The position numbers and the translations under genes were made by a program. Positions 11,538 through 25,112 of a DNA stretch of 64,000 nucleotides are shown here, piece after piece. The DNA is from Mobula hypostoma. Its lineage: Eukaryota. Numbering within the stretch: position 1 is the first letter of the stretch; each line of letters begins with the position of its first letter. The notes beneath the pieces were generated by a model. The model was given only the letters and a program-made list of their open reading frames with translations. It was not told the origin of the DNA and did no database searches. The stretch lies in NCBI RefSeq assembly GCF_963921235.1, contig NC_086097.1, positions 247,196,001 through 247,260,000 on the forward strand, given 5' to 3'.

Positions 11538-13690
11538 GAGTCATAGAAAAGTACAGCACAGTAACAGGGCTTTTGGCCCCTCTAGTCCATGCCGAATCAT
11601 TTAAACTGCCTACCCTCGTCGACTTGCACCAGAATCATAGCCCTCCATACCCCTGCCATCCATATACCTATCCAAACTTCTCTTCAACATTGAAATCGAG
11701 TTTGCATGCCCCACTTCCACTGGCAGCTCATTCCATATTCTCATGACTGAGTGAAGAAGTTTCTCCACATCTTGCCCTTAAACTTCTCACCTTTCATCTT
11801 TAACCCATGACCTCAGGTTGCAGTTCTATCTAACCTCAGTGGAAAAAGCTAGCTTGCATTAACCCTATCTATAACTCACATAATTTTGTATACCTCTATC
11901 AAATCTCTCCTTAATCTTCTACGTTCTAGGGAATGAAGCCCAAACCTATTCAATCTTTCCTTATAACTCAGGTCCTCCAGACCCGGCAACATCCTTGTAA
12001 ATTTTCTCTGTACTCTTTCAAACTTATTTACATGTATCCCATAGGCAGGTGACCAAAACTGCCCACAATACTTCAAATTAGGCCCCGCCAAAGTCTTATA
12101 CAACTTCAACATAACATCCCATCATCTGTACTCAATACTTTGATTTATGAAGGCCAATGTGCCAAAAGCTTTCTTTACAACCCTATCTACCTGTGACACC
12201 ACTTTCAATGGACCTGTATTCCCAGATCCCTTTGTTCTACTGCAATCCTCAGTGCCCTACTGATCACTGTAAGGTCTACCTTGTTTGGTCCTACCAAAGT
12301 GCAACACCTCACACTTGACAGCATTAAATTTCATCTGCCATTTTCAGCCCATTTTTCCAGCTGGTCCAGATGCTTCTACAATTCGTGATAGCCTTCCTGT
12401 CTGTCCACTACACCCCCAATCTTGGTGTCATCCACAAATTTGCTGATCCAGTTAACCACATTATCATCCAGATCGCTGATATCGATGACTAACAACAACA
12501 GGCCTAGCACCAATCCCTGTGGCACACCACTAGTCACAGGCTTCCAGGGGAGATTCACAAGGATGACTCCAGGAATGAAAGGGTTATCATACCAGGAACA
12601 TTTGATGGCTCTGGATCGGTACTCGCTGGAATTCAGAAGGATGAGGGTGTATCTCATTGAAACCTTTTGAATGTCGAAAGCCCTAGATGGAGTAGATGTG
12701 GAAAGGATGTTTCCCATGATGGGAGAGCCTAGGACAAGAGGACACAGCCTCAGGATAGAGGGGCGCCCTTTCAAAACAGAGATGTGGAGAAATTTCCTTA
12801 ACCAAAGTGCAGTGAATTTGTGGAATTTGTTGCCACTTGCAGCTGTGGAGGCCAGGTTGTTGGGGTGTATTTAAGGCAGAGATTGATAGGTTCTTGATTG
12901 GGCATGGCATCAGAGGTTATGGAGAGAAGGCTGGGAACTGGGGTTGAGGAGGAGAAAAAAAAAGGATCAGTCATGATTGAATGGTGGAGCAGACTCGATG
13001 GGCCAGATGGCCTAATTCTGCTCCTACGTCTTATGGTCAGAGAGGCAACCATCTACTACCACTCTCTGGCTTCTCCCACAAAGCCAAAGTCTAATCCAGT
13101 GTATTACCTGATCCTGAATGCTGAGTAACTGAACCTTTTTGATCAACCTCCCTTGCGGGACCTTGTCAAGTGCCTTGCTGAAGTCCAGGTAAGCAACATC
13201 CACTGCCTTGCCTTCATCAACTTTCTTGACAACTTCCTTGAAAATTTCTACAAGATTCACCAGATGAAGTACCGCACAGAAAGCCATGCTGACAATCCTT
13301 AATCTGTCCATGTCTATCCCACTACTTACATATCCGGTCCCTTAGAATACCTTCCAATAACTTTCCCACAACTGACGTCAGACTCTCCGGCCTATAATTT
13401 CCTGGTTTATGTTTAAAGCCTTTCATGAACAGCGGAATAACATTGGCTATCCTCCAGTCCTCTGGTATCTCATCTGTCGCTAATGATGATTTAAATATCA
13501 CTTCCAGGGCCCCAGTAATTTCTGCACTTGCGTCCCACAGGGTCTGAGGGAACACCTTGTCAGGCCCTGGGGATCTGTCCACTCTAATTTGCCTCAGGGC
13601 AATAAACACTTCTTCTCCTGTAATTTGTACAGGGTCCATGAAGCTGATGCTAATTTGCCTCACTTCTATACACTCGGTGTCCATATCCCA
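11538..13690 (-). mobile_element. CR1 LINE (RT to 3' end) interrupted by an opposite-strand CR1 3' fragment (~12547-13037)
   Basis: Minus ORFs give [21 protein letters not shown] and LEDLSYKERL; the nested plus-strand piece has a family-A 3' UTR. Confidence 0.88.
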
Positions 13691-14009
13691 TGATGATGTT
13701 GAATTCCGAGTTGTAATCCATAAACAATTTAAAAAACAATTAACTGAACACACAGTGAAATGCAACTCCAACGGGCTTATGGACACTATATCAACGATCT
13801 ATTGCTGTTACAGGGAGTAGCAAGTGAACGGTCCAAAATTACAAGGCCCTTTAGATCAGAATGTGAAGACAACAGGCAGGAGACATAGTTTGAAGGGTGG
13901 TTTGAAGCGTTTGAGTGGTTCAGTTACAGTATTTGCCCCATGTGTGCTGGACTGAAAAATGCACAACTCATCAGCATCCCAAGGAACAGAATAAAGCAGG
14001 TGTAGATTT

Positions 14010-14745
14010 AAAGGCCTGTACTCACCGGAGTTTAGAAGAATGAGAGTAGGGGGGGTGGTGATTTCATTGAAACCTATGGAATATTGAAAGGCTGAGTTAG
14101 AGTAGACATTGTTTCCAATAGTGGAGAGTCTAAGACCAGGGGGCATGGATTCAGAATAGAGGGACATTCATTTAGAGAAGAAGTGAGGAGGGACTTCTTC
14201 AGCCTGAGGGTGGTGAATCTGTGGAATTCATTGCCATAGGTGGCTGTGGAGGCAAAGTCAATGGGTGTATTTAAAACAGAGGTTGAAAGGTTCTTGATTA
14301 GTAAAAATGTCAATGGTCACAGGGAGAAGGCAGGAGAATGGGGTCGAGAGAGATAATAAATCAGTCATGATGGAATGGCGGAGCAGACTCGATGACCTAA
14401 CTCTGCTCCGACATCTTATGATCTTGTGTTTGTGCAATAAAGGAGGCCTTATTGGTGTTGATGCACAGATGAGCTGCTGCTGGATCTACTAAATAGAACA
14501 CAGAGCAGTGCAGCACATTACAGGCCCTTTGGCCCACAATGTTGTGACAGTCTTCACCTACTGTAAGATCAATCTCTGGCTAAAGGAATTCCTCCTCATT
14601 TCCGTTTTAAACGGACATCACTCTATTCTGAGGCTATGCCCTCTGGTTCTAGACTCCCCCATCATGGGAAACATCCTTCGCATCCACTCTGTTGAGGCCT
14701 TTCAACATTCCATAGGCTTCAACGAGAATCCAACCCCCCCCAGCC
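14010..14745. mobile_element. Cluster of short CR1 3' fragments in both orientations
   Basis: Plus piece 14010-14425 and minus piece ~14495-14745 both match CR1 C-terminal and UTR sequence. Confidence 0.7.
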
Positions 14746-14761
14746 CCGTATCCTCTTGTAA

Positions 14762-16950
14762 TGAGATTGGGAGGCAGATTTCGGAAAGGTGCAAAAATAA
14801 CAGGGTTGTTATCATGGGTGACTTTAACTTCCCTAATATTGATTGGCACCTGATTAGGTCCAAGGGTTTAGATGGGGCAGAGTTTGTTAAGTGTGTCCAG
14901 GACGGATTCCTGTCACAGTATGTGGTCAGGCCGACCGGGGGAATGCCATACCAGATCTAGTACTACGTAATGAACCGGGTCAGGTCACAGATCTCTCAGT
15001 GGGTGAGCATCTGGGGGACAGTGACCACCGCTCCCTGGCCTTTAGCATTATCATGGAAAAAGACAGAATCAGAGAGGGCAGGAAAATTTTTAATTGGGGA
15101 AGGGCAAATTATGAGGCTATAAGGCTAGAACTTACGGGTGTGAATTGGGATGATGTTTTTGCAGGGAAATGTACTATGGACATGTGGTCGATGTTTAGAG
15201 ATCTCTTGCGGGATGTAAGGGATAAATTTGTCCCGGTGAGGAAGATAAAGAATGGTAGGGTGAAGGAACCATGGGTGACAAGTGAGGTGGAAAATCTAGT
15301 CAGGTGGAAGAAGGCAGCATACATGAGGTTTAGAAAGCAAGGATCAGATGGGTCTATTAAGGAATATAGGGAAGCAAGAAAGGAGCTTAAGAAGGGGCTG
15401 AAAAGAGCAAGAAGGGGGCATGAGAAGGCCTTGGCGAGTAGGGTAAAGGAAAACCCCAAGGCATTCTTCAATTATGTGAGGAACAAAAGGATGACAGGAG
15501 TGAAGGTAGGACCAATTAGAGATAAAGGTGGGAAGATGTGCCTGGAGGCTGTGGAAGTGAACGAGTCCCTCAATGAATACTTCTCTTCGGTATTCACCAG
15601 TGAAAGGGAACTTGATGACTGTGAGGACAATATGAGTGAGGTTGATGTTCTGGAGCATGTTGACATTAAGGGAGAGGAGGTGTTGGAGTTGTTAAAATAC
15701 ATTAGGACGGATAAGTCCCAGGGGCCTGACGGAATATTCCCCAGGCTGCTCCATAAGGCGAGGGAAGAGATTGCTGAGCCTCTGGCTAGGATCTTTATGT
15801 CCTCGTTGTCCACGGGAATGGTACCGGAGGACTGGAGGGAGGCGAATGTTGTCCCCTTGTTCAAAAAAGGTAGTACGGATAGTCCGGGTAATTAATTATA
15901 GACCAGTGAGCCTTATGTCTGTGGTGGGAAAGCTGTTGGAAAAGATTCTTTGAGATAGGATCTATGGACATTTAGAGAATCATGGTCTGATCAAGGACAG
16001 TCAGCATGGCTTTGTGAAGGGCAGATCGTGTCTAACAAGCCTGCTAGAGTTCTTTGAGGAGGTGACCAGGCATATAGATGAGGGTAGTGCAGTGGATGTG
16101 ATCTACATGGATTTTAGTAAGGCATTTGACAAGGTTCCACACGGTAGGCTTATCAGAAAGTCAGAAGGCATGGGATCCAGGGAAGTTTGGCCAGGTGGAT
16201 TCAGAATTGGCTTGCCTGCAGAAGGCAGAGGGTTGTGGTGGAGGGAGTACATTCGGATTGGAGAGTTGTGACTAGTGGTGTCCCACAAGGATCTGTTCTG
16301 GGACCTCTACTTTTCGTGATTTTTATTAACGACCTGGATTTGGGGGGTAGAAGGGTGGGTTGGCAAGTTTGCAGACGACACAAAGGTTGGTGGTGTTGTA
16401 GATAGTGTAGAGGATTGTCGAAGATTGCAGAGAGACATTGATAGAATGCAGAAGTGGGCTGAGAAGTGGCAGATGGAGTTCAACCCGGAGAAATGTGAGG
16501 TGGTACACTTTGGAAGGACAAACTCCAAGGCAGAGTACAAAGTAAATGGCAGGATACTTGGTAGTGTGGAGGAGCAGAGGGATCTGGGGGTACATGTCCA
16601 CAGATCCCTGAAAGTTGCCTCACAGGTAGATAGGGTAGTTAAGAAAGCTTATGGGGTGTTATCTTTCATAAGTCGAGGGATAGAGTTTAAGAGTCGTGAG
16701 GTAATGATGCAGCTCTATAAAACTCTGGTTAGGCCACACTTGGAGTACTGTGTCCATTTCTGGTCGCCTCACTATAGGAAGGATGTGGAAGCATTGGAAA
16801 GGGTACAGAGGAGATTTACCAGGATGCTGCCTGGTTTGGAGAGTATGGATTATGATCAGAGATTAAGGGAGCTAGGGCTTCACTCTTTGGAGAGAAGGAG
16901 GAGGAGAGGAGACATGATAGAGGTGTACAAGATAATAAGAGGAATAGATA
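14762..16950 (+). mobile_element. Young CR1 subfamily copy (endonuclease through RT and C-terminus)
   Basis: Long ORFs 14891-15895 and 16425-16991 with few frameshifts; near-identical by eye to 25113-27443, 48963-50130 and 56950-57700. Confidence 0.95.
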
Positions 16951-16954
16951 ATAA

Positions 16955-17820
16955 TAGCCCTCCATTTCCCCCTCATCCAAACTTCCCTTAAATATTACAA
17001 CTGAACCTACATCTACCACTTGCGCTGGCAGCTCGTTCCACCTTCTCACCACCCTCTGAGTGAGGAAGATCCCTGTCAGGATCCACTTGAATATTTCACC
17101 TTTCACCCTGCACCTACAATACGGCCTCTAGTTCTAGTCTCACCGAGTTTGAGAGGGAAAAGCCTGCATGCACTCACATAATTACACCTCTCATCATGTC
17201 GTATACCTCTAAGATTTATAGCCCTCAGAATTTTGTATACCTGTATCTAACAAGGATTATAAGGATGTTGCCCGGATTGGGGAGTATACCTTATGAGAAT
17301 AGGTTGAGTGAACGTGGCCTTTTCTCCTTGGAGCGACAGAGGATGAGAGGCGACCTGAAAGAGGTGCACAAGATAATGAGAGGCATTGATCGTGTGGATA
17401 GTCAGAGGCTTTTCCCCAGGGCTCAAACGGCTAGCACGAGGGGGCATAGTTTTAAGGTGCTTGGAAGTAGGTACAGAGGAGATGTCAGGGGTAAGTTTTT
17501 TTTACGCAGACAGTGGTGAGTGCATGGAATGGGCTGCTGGCGGTGGTGGTGGAGGCAGAAATGATAGGGTCTTTTAAGAGACTCCTGGATGGCTACATGG
17601 AGCTTAGAAAAATAGAGGGCTATGGGTAAAGCCTAGGTAGTTCTAAGGTAGGATCATGTTCAGCACAGCTTTGTGGGCTGAAGAGCCTGCATTGTGCTGT
17701 ATGTTTTCTATGTTTCAAACCTCCCCTCAATCTCCTGCACTCCACAGAATGAAGTATTAACCCATCGAATCTTGCCCCGTAACTCAGGTCCTCCAGTCCC
17801 GCACCATTCTTGTAAGTTTT
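16955..17820. mobile_element. CR1 minus-strand 3' fragment with a nested plus-strand CR1 3' end (~17255-17716)
   Basis: ORF 17196-17519 has the CR1 C-terminus; flanks are reverse CR1 sequence. Confidence 0.8.
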
Positions 17821-17894
17821 CTCTGCACTCCTTCAATCTCATTTCTGACGGAAATATTTTACGCTTTCAATTACATAAGCGTAGTGACTTGCAT

Positions 17895-17972
17895 GACTCT
17901 TATTACAGCTCTGGGTGTCAGGGTTCAGAGTTCAATTCTGACATGCTCTGTTAGCGAATATGCACATTCATT

Positions 17973-18034
<62 letters not shown>

Positions 18035-18215
18035 TGTCTTCCAGATGCTCTGGTTTCCTTCCATAGTCCAAAAGTATACAGTTAGTAGGCTAATTTGTCA
18101 TTTTTAATTGTCTTGTGATAAGACTAGAGTTAAATTGGTGGGTCACTGGGCGCCACAGCTCGAAGGGCCAGAAGGACCTATTCCACATTCCATCTCTAAA
18201 TAAATAAAATAAAAA
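17895..18215 (+). mobile_element. V-SINE (HE1-like) containing a (TG)n microsatellite at ~17974-18032
   Basis: B-box-like gagttcaattc, V-domain-like tgctctggtttccttccatagtccaaa, CR1-like tail with (TAAA)n. Confidence 0.75.
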
Positions 18216-18461
18216 AATAAAATTGATGAATTTATTCATCAGATATTTATTTGATAATTTAAAATATAAAATTGATAAGATAGATATCAACTATTCATTT
18301 ATTTAAAAACTATGCTTCAAATTTCACAGCTTATGTCCTATTTCAGATGTCATTAATTGCATTGCTCAGAATGGAAGTGAAAGAAGTTGCTGTTAAACAT
18401 GTTTTGACACACTCACCAAGCATACTGGTCAAATTCCAAAAGTCACAAAGTACTTAGCTAC

Positions 18462-18630
18462 CTGCAGATGGCAGATTGGCTGTATGCTGGTCCCTCAGTG
18501 GCACTTAAGGCCTGTCCAACCTGCGTCTGTGTCAGACCAAGAGACAGACGTCGGATTTTAAATGCTTTTGCAAACTCACGAATTTCTTCAAGGTTCACTC
18601 CATCGACTTCACCGGCCGCTGTCTGAGGAT
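18462..18630 (-). CDS. POU6F2: POU6F2 exon encoding most of the POU-specific domain (169 nt, phase 1/2)
   Basis: Not in the ORF track. ctcactgcAG|ATCCTCAG...ATCTGCAG|GTagct encodes (N)PQTAAGEVDGVNLEEIREFAKAFKIRRLSLGLTQTQVGQALSATEGPAYSQSAIC(R), a class VI POU-specific domain. Phase fits the upstream exon. Confidence 0.97.
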
Positions 18631-18739
18631 CTGCAGTGAGTGCATAAACAAGGCGTGTCAGTGAATCAGGGAGTAAACACTCTGGAATACAAACACATTA
18701 AACAAATACAGACAGACGCAGATGCCTACGTGTGTTCAC

Positions 18740-19200
18740 GCAGAGGTCCAGAGGAGCATCATGAGAATAACCTCGGGAATGAAAGGGGTCATGTTTGATG
18801 GCTCTGGATCTGTACTTGTTGAAGTTTAGAAGAACGAGGGGGGCTCTTATTAAAACCTATCAAACATTGAAAGGCCTAGATAGAGTGGATGTGATGTTTC
18901 CTGTAGTGGGGGAGTCCATGACCAGAGAGCCCAGGCTCAGAATAGAGGGACATCCATTTAGAACAGAGATGAGCCAGAGAGTGGTGAATCTATGTTTCCA
19001 GACCCAGCTGTGGACACCAAGTTGTTGGGCATACTTAAAGTGGAGGTTGATAGGTTCTTGATTAGTAAGGATGTCAAAGGTTATGGGAGAAGGCAGGAGA
19101 ATGGCATTGAGAGGGATAACGAATCAGCCATGGTGGAATGGCGGAACAGACTCGATGGGCCGAATGATCTCATTCTTAGGCTCTATGGTCTTATGGTATT
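18740..19200 (+). mobile_element. CR1 3' fragment
   Basis: ORFs 18795-19252 read LKGLDRVDV and LRIEGHPFRTE. Confidence 0.8.
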
Positions 19201-19349
19201 ATCAATTGACAAGGAGAGCTGGGTTTTAATTGTTGCGAGGGAAGGATATTGAGGAACCTGTGCTGATCACATGTTTGACACTCTTCCCAGTTTTTTGGCT
19301 GTGCCTCACGTGCAGAAATGAAACCTTGTACTCTTTTCCCTTTGAAATA

Positions 19350-19835
19350 TTGATGCAGAAAGTTGTGAACTTAGTCAGTTCCATTATGGGCACTGGCCTC
19401 CCCAGAATCCAGGACAGCTTCAAGGACCCTCGTGAGGTGGGTCATGCCCTCTTCCCATTGCCACCATCAAGGAGGAGGTACAGGAGCCTGAAGACATACA
19501 CTCAACTATTCAGGAATATCTTCCTCGCCTTTGCCATCAGATTTCTGAATGGACATTGAACCCGTGAACACTACCTCACTATTTTTCTTTCTCTTTTCTA
19601 CACTGCTTACTTAATTTAACTTTTTAAAAAATATATATACTTTCTTTAATCTTCAGTTTTTATTATGTATTGTATTGTACCGCTGCTGCAGAACAACAAA
19701 TTTCACAACATGTACCAGTGATATTAAACCTGATTCTGATTGCTCTCCATAGATGCTGCCTGACCTGCTGAGTTCCTCTGGCATTTTGTGTGTGTTGCTC
19801 TGGATTTCCAGCACCTGCAGAATCTCCTGTGTTTA
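19350..19835 (+). mobile_element. Rex/Babar-type LINE 3' end followed by a Penelope tail
   Basis: HALFPLPPSRRRYRSLKT...FRNIF..AIRFLN; tail aaacctgattctgatt; Penelope tail from ~19742. Confidence 0.75.
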
Positions 19836-20044
19836 TGACTCATCCGCCTGTACAGTCAGCCAACTGGAGACCTATCTGTGAATGTCTGCGGTGCCCACAT
19901 GAACCTCCTCAGGACCCACAAAACTCCGGCAATAAGTCACCTAGGGATTGCCTAAAAGGAAGATCTCTGACTTCCTAGTGAGAACATTTCAACTCACGGT
20001 GTAATGGTGCACACACACGAACACCCACCTACGCACGAGCAAAT

Positions 20045-20388
20045 ATTTGCTGTCCAAGTTGCATGCCATTTTGGACAATGTCTCCCATCCACTATATAAT
20101 GTACTGGGTGGGCACAGGAGTACATTCAGCCGGAGACTCATTCCACCGAGATGCAGCACAGAGCGTCATAGGAAGTCATTCCTGCCTGTGGTCATCAAAC
20201 TTTACAACTCCTCTCTTGGAGGGTCAGACACCCTGAGCCAATAGGCTGGTCCTGGACTTATTTCCTGGCATAATTTACATATTACTATTTAACTATTTAT
20301 GGTTTTATTACTATTTATTATTTATGGTGCAACTGTAACGAAAACCAATTTCCCCCAGGATCAATAAAGTATGACTATGACTATGACT
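20045..20388 (+). mobile_element. Rex1-type LINE 3' end
   Basis: LDNVSHPL...PRCSTERHRKSFLPVVIKLYNSS followed by aataaag(tatgac)n. Confidence 0.8.
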
Positions 20389-21244
20389 GTTCCACACGGG
20401 CATGCATAAACCAAAACTGAACACACTGATTATGTAGGATTTTGTGAATAAAACAGGCGAGAGTCCTTTTACATGCTAAACAAAAGCTGCAGCCCTTCAT
20501 TCCATTACGAACAAACCAAAAAAGGAGTCGCCTTACACTGATGACGTTACGTCCGACACTCTCTCTTAAAATTAGAGAGTGTTTTCTTGTTGCCGATTGG
20601 CGGTTGGGTGATATGTTAGTTTTTAAGCAGGGAGGAGTTGGGGATGTGGAGTCTGATGTTCTTGTTAGTGTTTTTCCATGTGAACGATCTGCTAGATTTT
20701 TGTGTGTGAGGGAAGATGGTGGTGGGTGGCTGGTTTGATGTTGTAGCTGCTGTTTTCTGGGTGGACAATCTCTTAGCTTTTGTGTGAGGGAGGGGTTGAG
20801 GTCTCCGAGTTTTGTTTCTTTTTTTCTCCCCCATGCGGGAGGGAGGTTGATGCCTTTTCTTTCAACGACTTTCATGGTTTTTCTGTATTTCATGACTATC
20901 TGGAGAAGACTAATCTCAGAGTTGTATTCTGCATACATACTTTGATAATGAAATTAACCTTTGAATGCCACTCAATGACAGTGTTAGTGAATTATGTAGA
21001 ACAGTTTCCACTATGAACAATGTGTGTCATCTGTCACCCACGACGTTACCCTACAACTGAAACACACACAAATGCATGTAAAAGCAGCCACTGCACTGAG
21101 GTAGGCAAAGCTGCAAGTACACTTAGAGCTATAGGTCAGATTCACTGATTGGTTCATTTACTTTGTTTATTTACTACCATTTGAAAGAGAGCTCCAGTAA
21201 ACAGGAACTGACTAAACTGCCTGTGATGTTTAAATCTACTTCGT

Positions 21245-24200
21245 GCTTTGGAGAGGGTGCAGAAGAGGTTCACCCAGGTGCTGCCTGGTTTAGAGGGTGT
21301 GTGCTATCACTGGAGGCTGGGTTTGTTTTTTGGGTTTGTTTTTTCTAGAGTGCCAGAGGCCAAGGGGAGATCTGATGGAAGTTTATAAGATAGAGGCATA
21401 GATAGAGTATCTATTTCACAGGGTTGAAAGGGCTAATACCAAAAGAGCATGCATTGAAGGTGAGAGGGGGATGCCAGAGTGGTAGATGCCCAGTTGTGGT
21501 AGAGGCAAATGCATTAGAGGCTTTTAAAAGGTGTTTGTATAGGCACATAGATGTGAGGAAGATGGAGGGATACGGACATGCTGTAGATGGGAGGGATTAG
21601 TGTTTGGGTGATTTTGATTTGCCTTTTAGCCAGGTCAGCACAACACTGTGGGCTGAATGGCCTGTTCCTGTGCTGTACTGCTCTGTGTTTTCTGTTCTAG
21701 AATCAGAATTTAAATCAGGATCAGGTTTAATATCACTGGCATGCATTGTGAAATTTGTTGTTATGCGGCAGCTGTACATTGCAATACATAATAAACACGG
21801 TAAATGACATTAAATGTATATATAAAAAATAAATAAATAGTGCAAGAGGGGAGAAAGACATAGAAACACAAGAAATCTGCCGCACCTTACAGCCCCCTCA
21901 GCCCACAATGTTGTGCCGACCATGTAACCTACTCCAGAAACTGCCTAGAATTTCCCTACCGCAAAGCCCTCTATTTTTCTCAGCTTCATGTACCTATCTA
22001 AGAGTCTTTTAAAAGACTCTATTGTATCCACTTCCACCACCATCGCTGGCAGCCCATTCCACACACCACCACTCTCTGTGTGAAAAACTGACCCCTGACA
22101 TCCCCTTGTACCTGCTTCCAAGCACCTTAAAACTATGCCCCCTCGTGTTAGCCGTTTAAGCCCTGGGAAAAAGCCTCTGGCTAGCCACACGATCAATACC
22201 CCTCATAAAAAAACAAGAAATCAAGAGTAGTGCTGTAGTGTACATGGGTTCATTGCCCATTGGTGGTTTTTGAATTGGGACAGCCTGCAGACAGCGAACA
22301 CTGAGCTGGACTGTACTGAAATACGCCTTTGTCGCTGTTTGCACAATGTTTTTGTGTGTGAGGGGGAGGATGGGGGTTTGATGTTTGACGGTTTTCTTTG
22401 AATGGGTTGGTTCCATGGTTCAGCTTTGTTTCGTGGCCATCTGCGGGGAAGACGAATTTCAGAGTTGAATACTGCATACATGCTTCGATAATAAATGTAC
22501 TGTGAACTTTGAAATCTGAGGGTGATGAGAAGAAGCTGTTCCAAAATCATTGAGTGTGTGCCTTTGGGCTCCTTTACTTCTTCTCTGGTGGCAGCAATGA
22601 GAAGAGGGCATGTTGTGGGTGATGGGGTCCTTAATGATGGATGCCACCTTTTTCACTGCCTCAAAACTTCTGGAACTTTAGGTTCAATAGGGGTGAGTCA
22701 TTACATGCACAGTGACAATTCTACACTATCGTCACTTTAATGAACCCCAAGGATCCAGACACATTAATATTATAGCAAAGCCCCTCTGTTGAAAAATGGG
22801 ACTTGTATCATCATGTGTACGAGGTGTGGAAGTGACTGGGCTGGGAGCAGAGTGGGTATGAATGTCTCGAGTGGGGGACTGGTTGAAGGAATGGAAGGCA
22901 AGACAATATTGTGTGCAGTTCTGGTCAACTACATATTTAGAGTTAGAGTCATAGAAAAGTACAGCACAGAAACAGGCCATTTTAGTCCATGCCAAAACCA
23001 TTTAATCTGCCTAGTCCCATCGACCCATAGCCCTCTAAAACCCTACCATCAATGTACCTACCCAAACTTCTCTTAAACACTGAAATTGAGCTTGCATGCA
23101 CCACTTCTGCTGACAGCTTGTTCCACACTCTCACAACCTTCTGAGTGAAGACTCATGTTCCCCTTAAACCCTTCACCTTTCACCCTTACCCCATGACCTC
23201 TACTTGTCATCCCACCCAACCTCAGTGGGGAAAGCCTGCTTGCATTTACCCTATTTATACTTCTGATAATTTTGTATACCTCTGTCAAATCTCCCCTCCA
23301 AGGAATAAAATCCTAACTTATTCAATCTTTCCTTGTAACTCAGGTCCACAGAGGAACATCTGGAGAAATTTCTGAAACGCCCATTCGCTGCTGTCGTTAC
23401 TGCGCGGTCGGGAATCTTCCAGAGGGAAGGCCTCAAAATCCCTGGCTTTGCCTGCTGTTGGCGACCAAGATTGAGGTCGAAGCGTTCGGACAGAGACGGC
23501 GCTCGGTACTCGGTGTCGGAGAGCTGATCGGAGGCTCGAAGTTTTCAGATGACTCAGAGTCGGACTGTGGTCGGCATGGCAGGGAGAGTTTTTCTTCCTT
23601 CTCCCGTCTGCGTGAGATGTGGGACATTTGAGAGACTTTGAACTTTTTACTGTGCTCATGGACTTCTTCATCAAGTTATGGTATTGTTGCACTGTTGTAA
23701 CTATATGTTATAATTATGTGGTTTTGTCAGTTTTTTCAGTCTTGGTCTGTCCTGTGTTTTGTGATATCACACCGGAGGAAATATTGTATCATTTTTTAAT
23801 TCATGCATTACTAAATGACAATAAAAGAGGACTGCATGTCTTCATAAACTAAATCTAAAACCTGTCCAAATTAGGCCTCACCAATGTCTTGTACAACTTC
23901 AACGCACCTATAGGAAAGGTACCAATAAGATCGAAAGAGTGCAGAAAATTTTGGTGCAGAAAAGGACGTTGCTGGGATTTGAAGACCTGACTTACAGGGT
24001 AAGATTTAATAGGTTAGGATTTTATTCCCTGGAACACAGAAGACTGAGGGGAGATTTGATAGAGGTATACAAAATTATGAGGGGTATAGACAGGGTAAGC
24101 AGTAGCCTTGGTAGCTTCATCTGTTTAGGGGAAAAAAAAACAATACAAAACCTTGGATTTCAAAACTTAAAATGCAATAAATATTGATCTGATTTAAATA

Positions 24201-24545
24201 AACTGGTAAATTAGTTGATTATGAGGGGTATAGATAGAGTAAATGCAAGCAGGATTTTTCTGCTGAGGGTGGGGAAGACTAGAACTAGAGGTCATGGGTT
24301 AGGAGTGATAGTTGAAATGCTCAGGGGAACACGAGTGAATTTCTTCACTCAGAAGGTGGTGAGAGTGTGGAACAATCTGTCACAGAAGTCGCGGATATGG
24401 GTTTACGAGAAATTTGGATAAGTGCATGGATGGGAAGGGTATGGAGGAATATTGTCCAGGTCGACAGGATGAAGCAGAGTAAGAGTTTGGCATGGACTAG
24501 ATGGGCCAAAGGGCCTGTTTTTGTGCTGTTGTGCTCTATGACTGT
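21245..24545. mobile_element. Mosaic of short CR1 3' ends, Rex-type ends and SINE-like retroposons (including 23350-23855)
   Basis: Repeated CR1 C-terminal motifs on both strands. The 23350-23855 element interrupts a minus CR1 and ends in aataaaag...taaatctaaa. Confidence 0.65.
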
Positions 24546-24711
24546 AAGTATAAAGAGGAAGACTAAGAAAAACAGGCTGCAGTGGGGGAAGAATAAAAAG
24601 CTAAAAACTCACTACAAATTCAGGCTGGAAGAAATATAATAAAATACAGCTTTACAACATCATTCAGATGGGAGCATGGAGATCCAGCTGCTGAAAAAGA
24701 ACAAGGTGGCT

Positions 24712-25024
24712 AACTCGTCTTCATAAAGGCATCCGTTAGTCTTGTGAGACCATGGATCTGCGCCTGGAAAGTCTTCACTCTCCAGGGCGCAGGCCTTGGC
24801 AAGGTTGTATGGAAGACCAGCAGTTGCCCATGCTGGAAGTCTCCCCTCTCCACGACACCAATGTTGTCCAAGGGAAGGGCATTAGGACCCATACAGCTTG
24901 GCACTAGTGTCGTCGCGGAGCAATGTGTGATTAAGTGTCTTGCTCAAGGGCACAATACGTTGCCTCGGCTGGGGCTTGAACTCACAACCTTCAGGTCGCG
25001 AGTCCAATGCCTTAACCACTTGGC
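24712..25024 (-). mobile_element. tRNA-derived SINE with CORE-like body and RTE-like tail
   Basis: Minus strand: A box GGCCAAGTGG, B box GAGTTCAAGCC, then gtgcccttgagcaagacacttaa, ending gatccatggtctcacaagactaacgg. Confidence 0.75.
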
Positions 25025-25112
25025 CTGACGAAGGGTCTCGGCCTGAAACGTCGACTGTACCTCTTCCTAGAGATGTTGCCTGGCCTGCTGCGTTCACCAG
25101 CAACTTTGATGT
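25025..25112 (+). mobile_element. Penelope terminal fragment starting exactly at the hammerhead core
   Basis: CTGACGA-AGGGTCTCGGCCT-GAAA-CGTC-GACT followed by the Penelope tail. Confidence 0.85.

Noticed and set aside
17974..18032. (TG)n repeat producing a CVCVCV ORF
   Set aside because: An ordinary microsatellite expansion within a SINE, not coding.
24960..25024. tRNA gene
   Set aside because: The A and B boxes continue into a SINE body and tail and the acceptor stem is incomplete; the same applies at 60602 and 58500.
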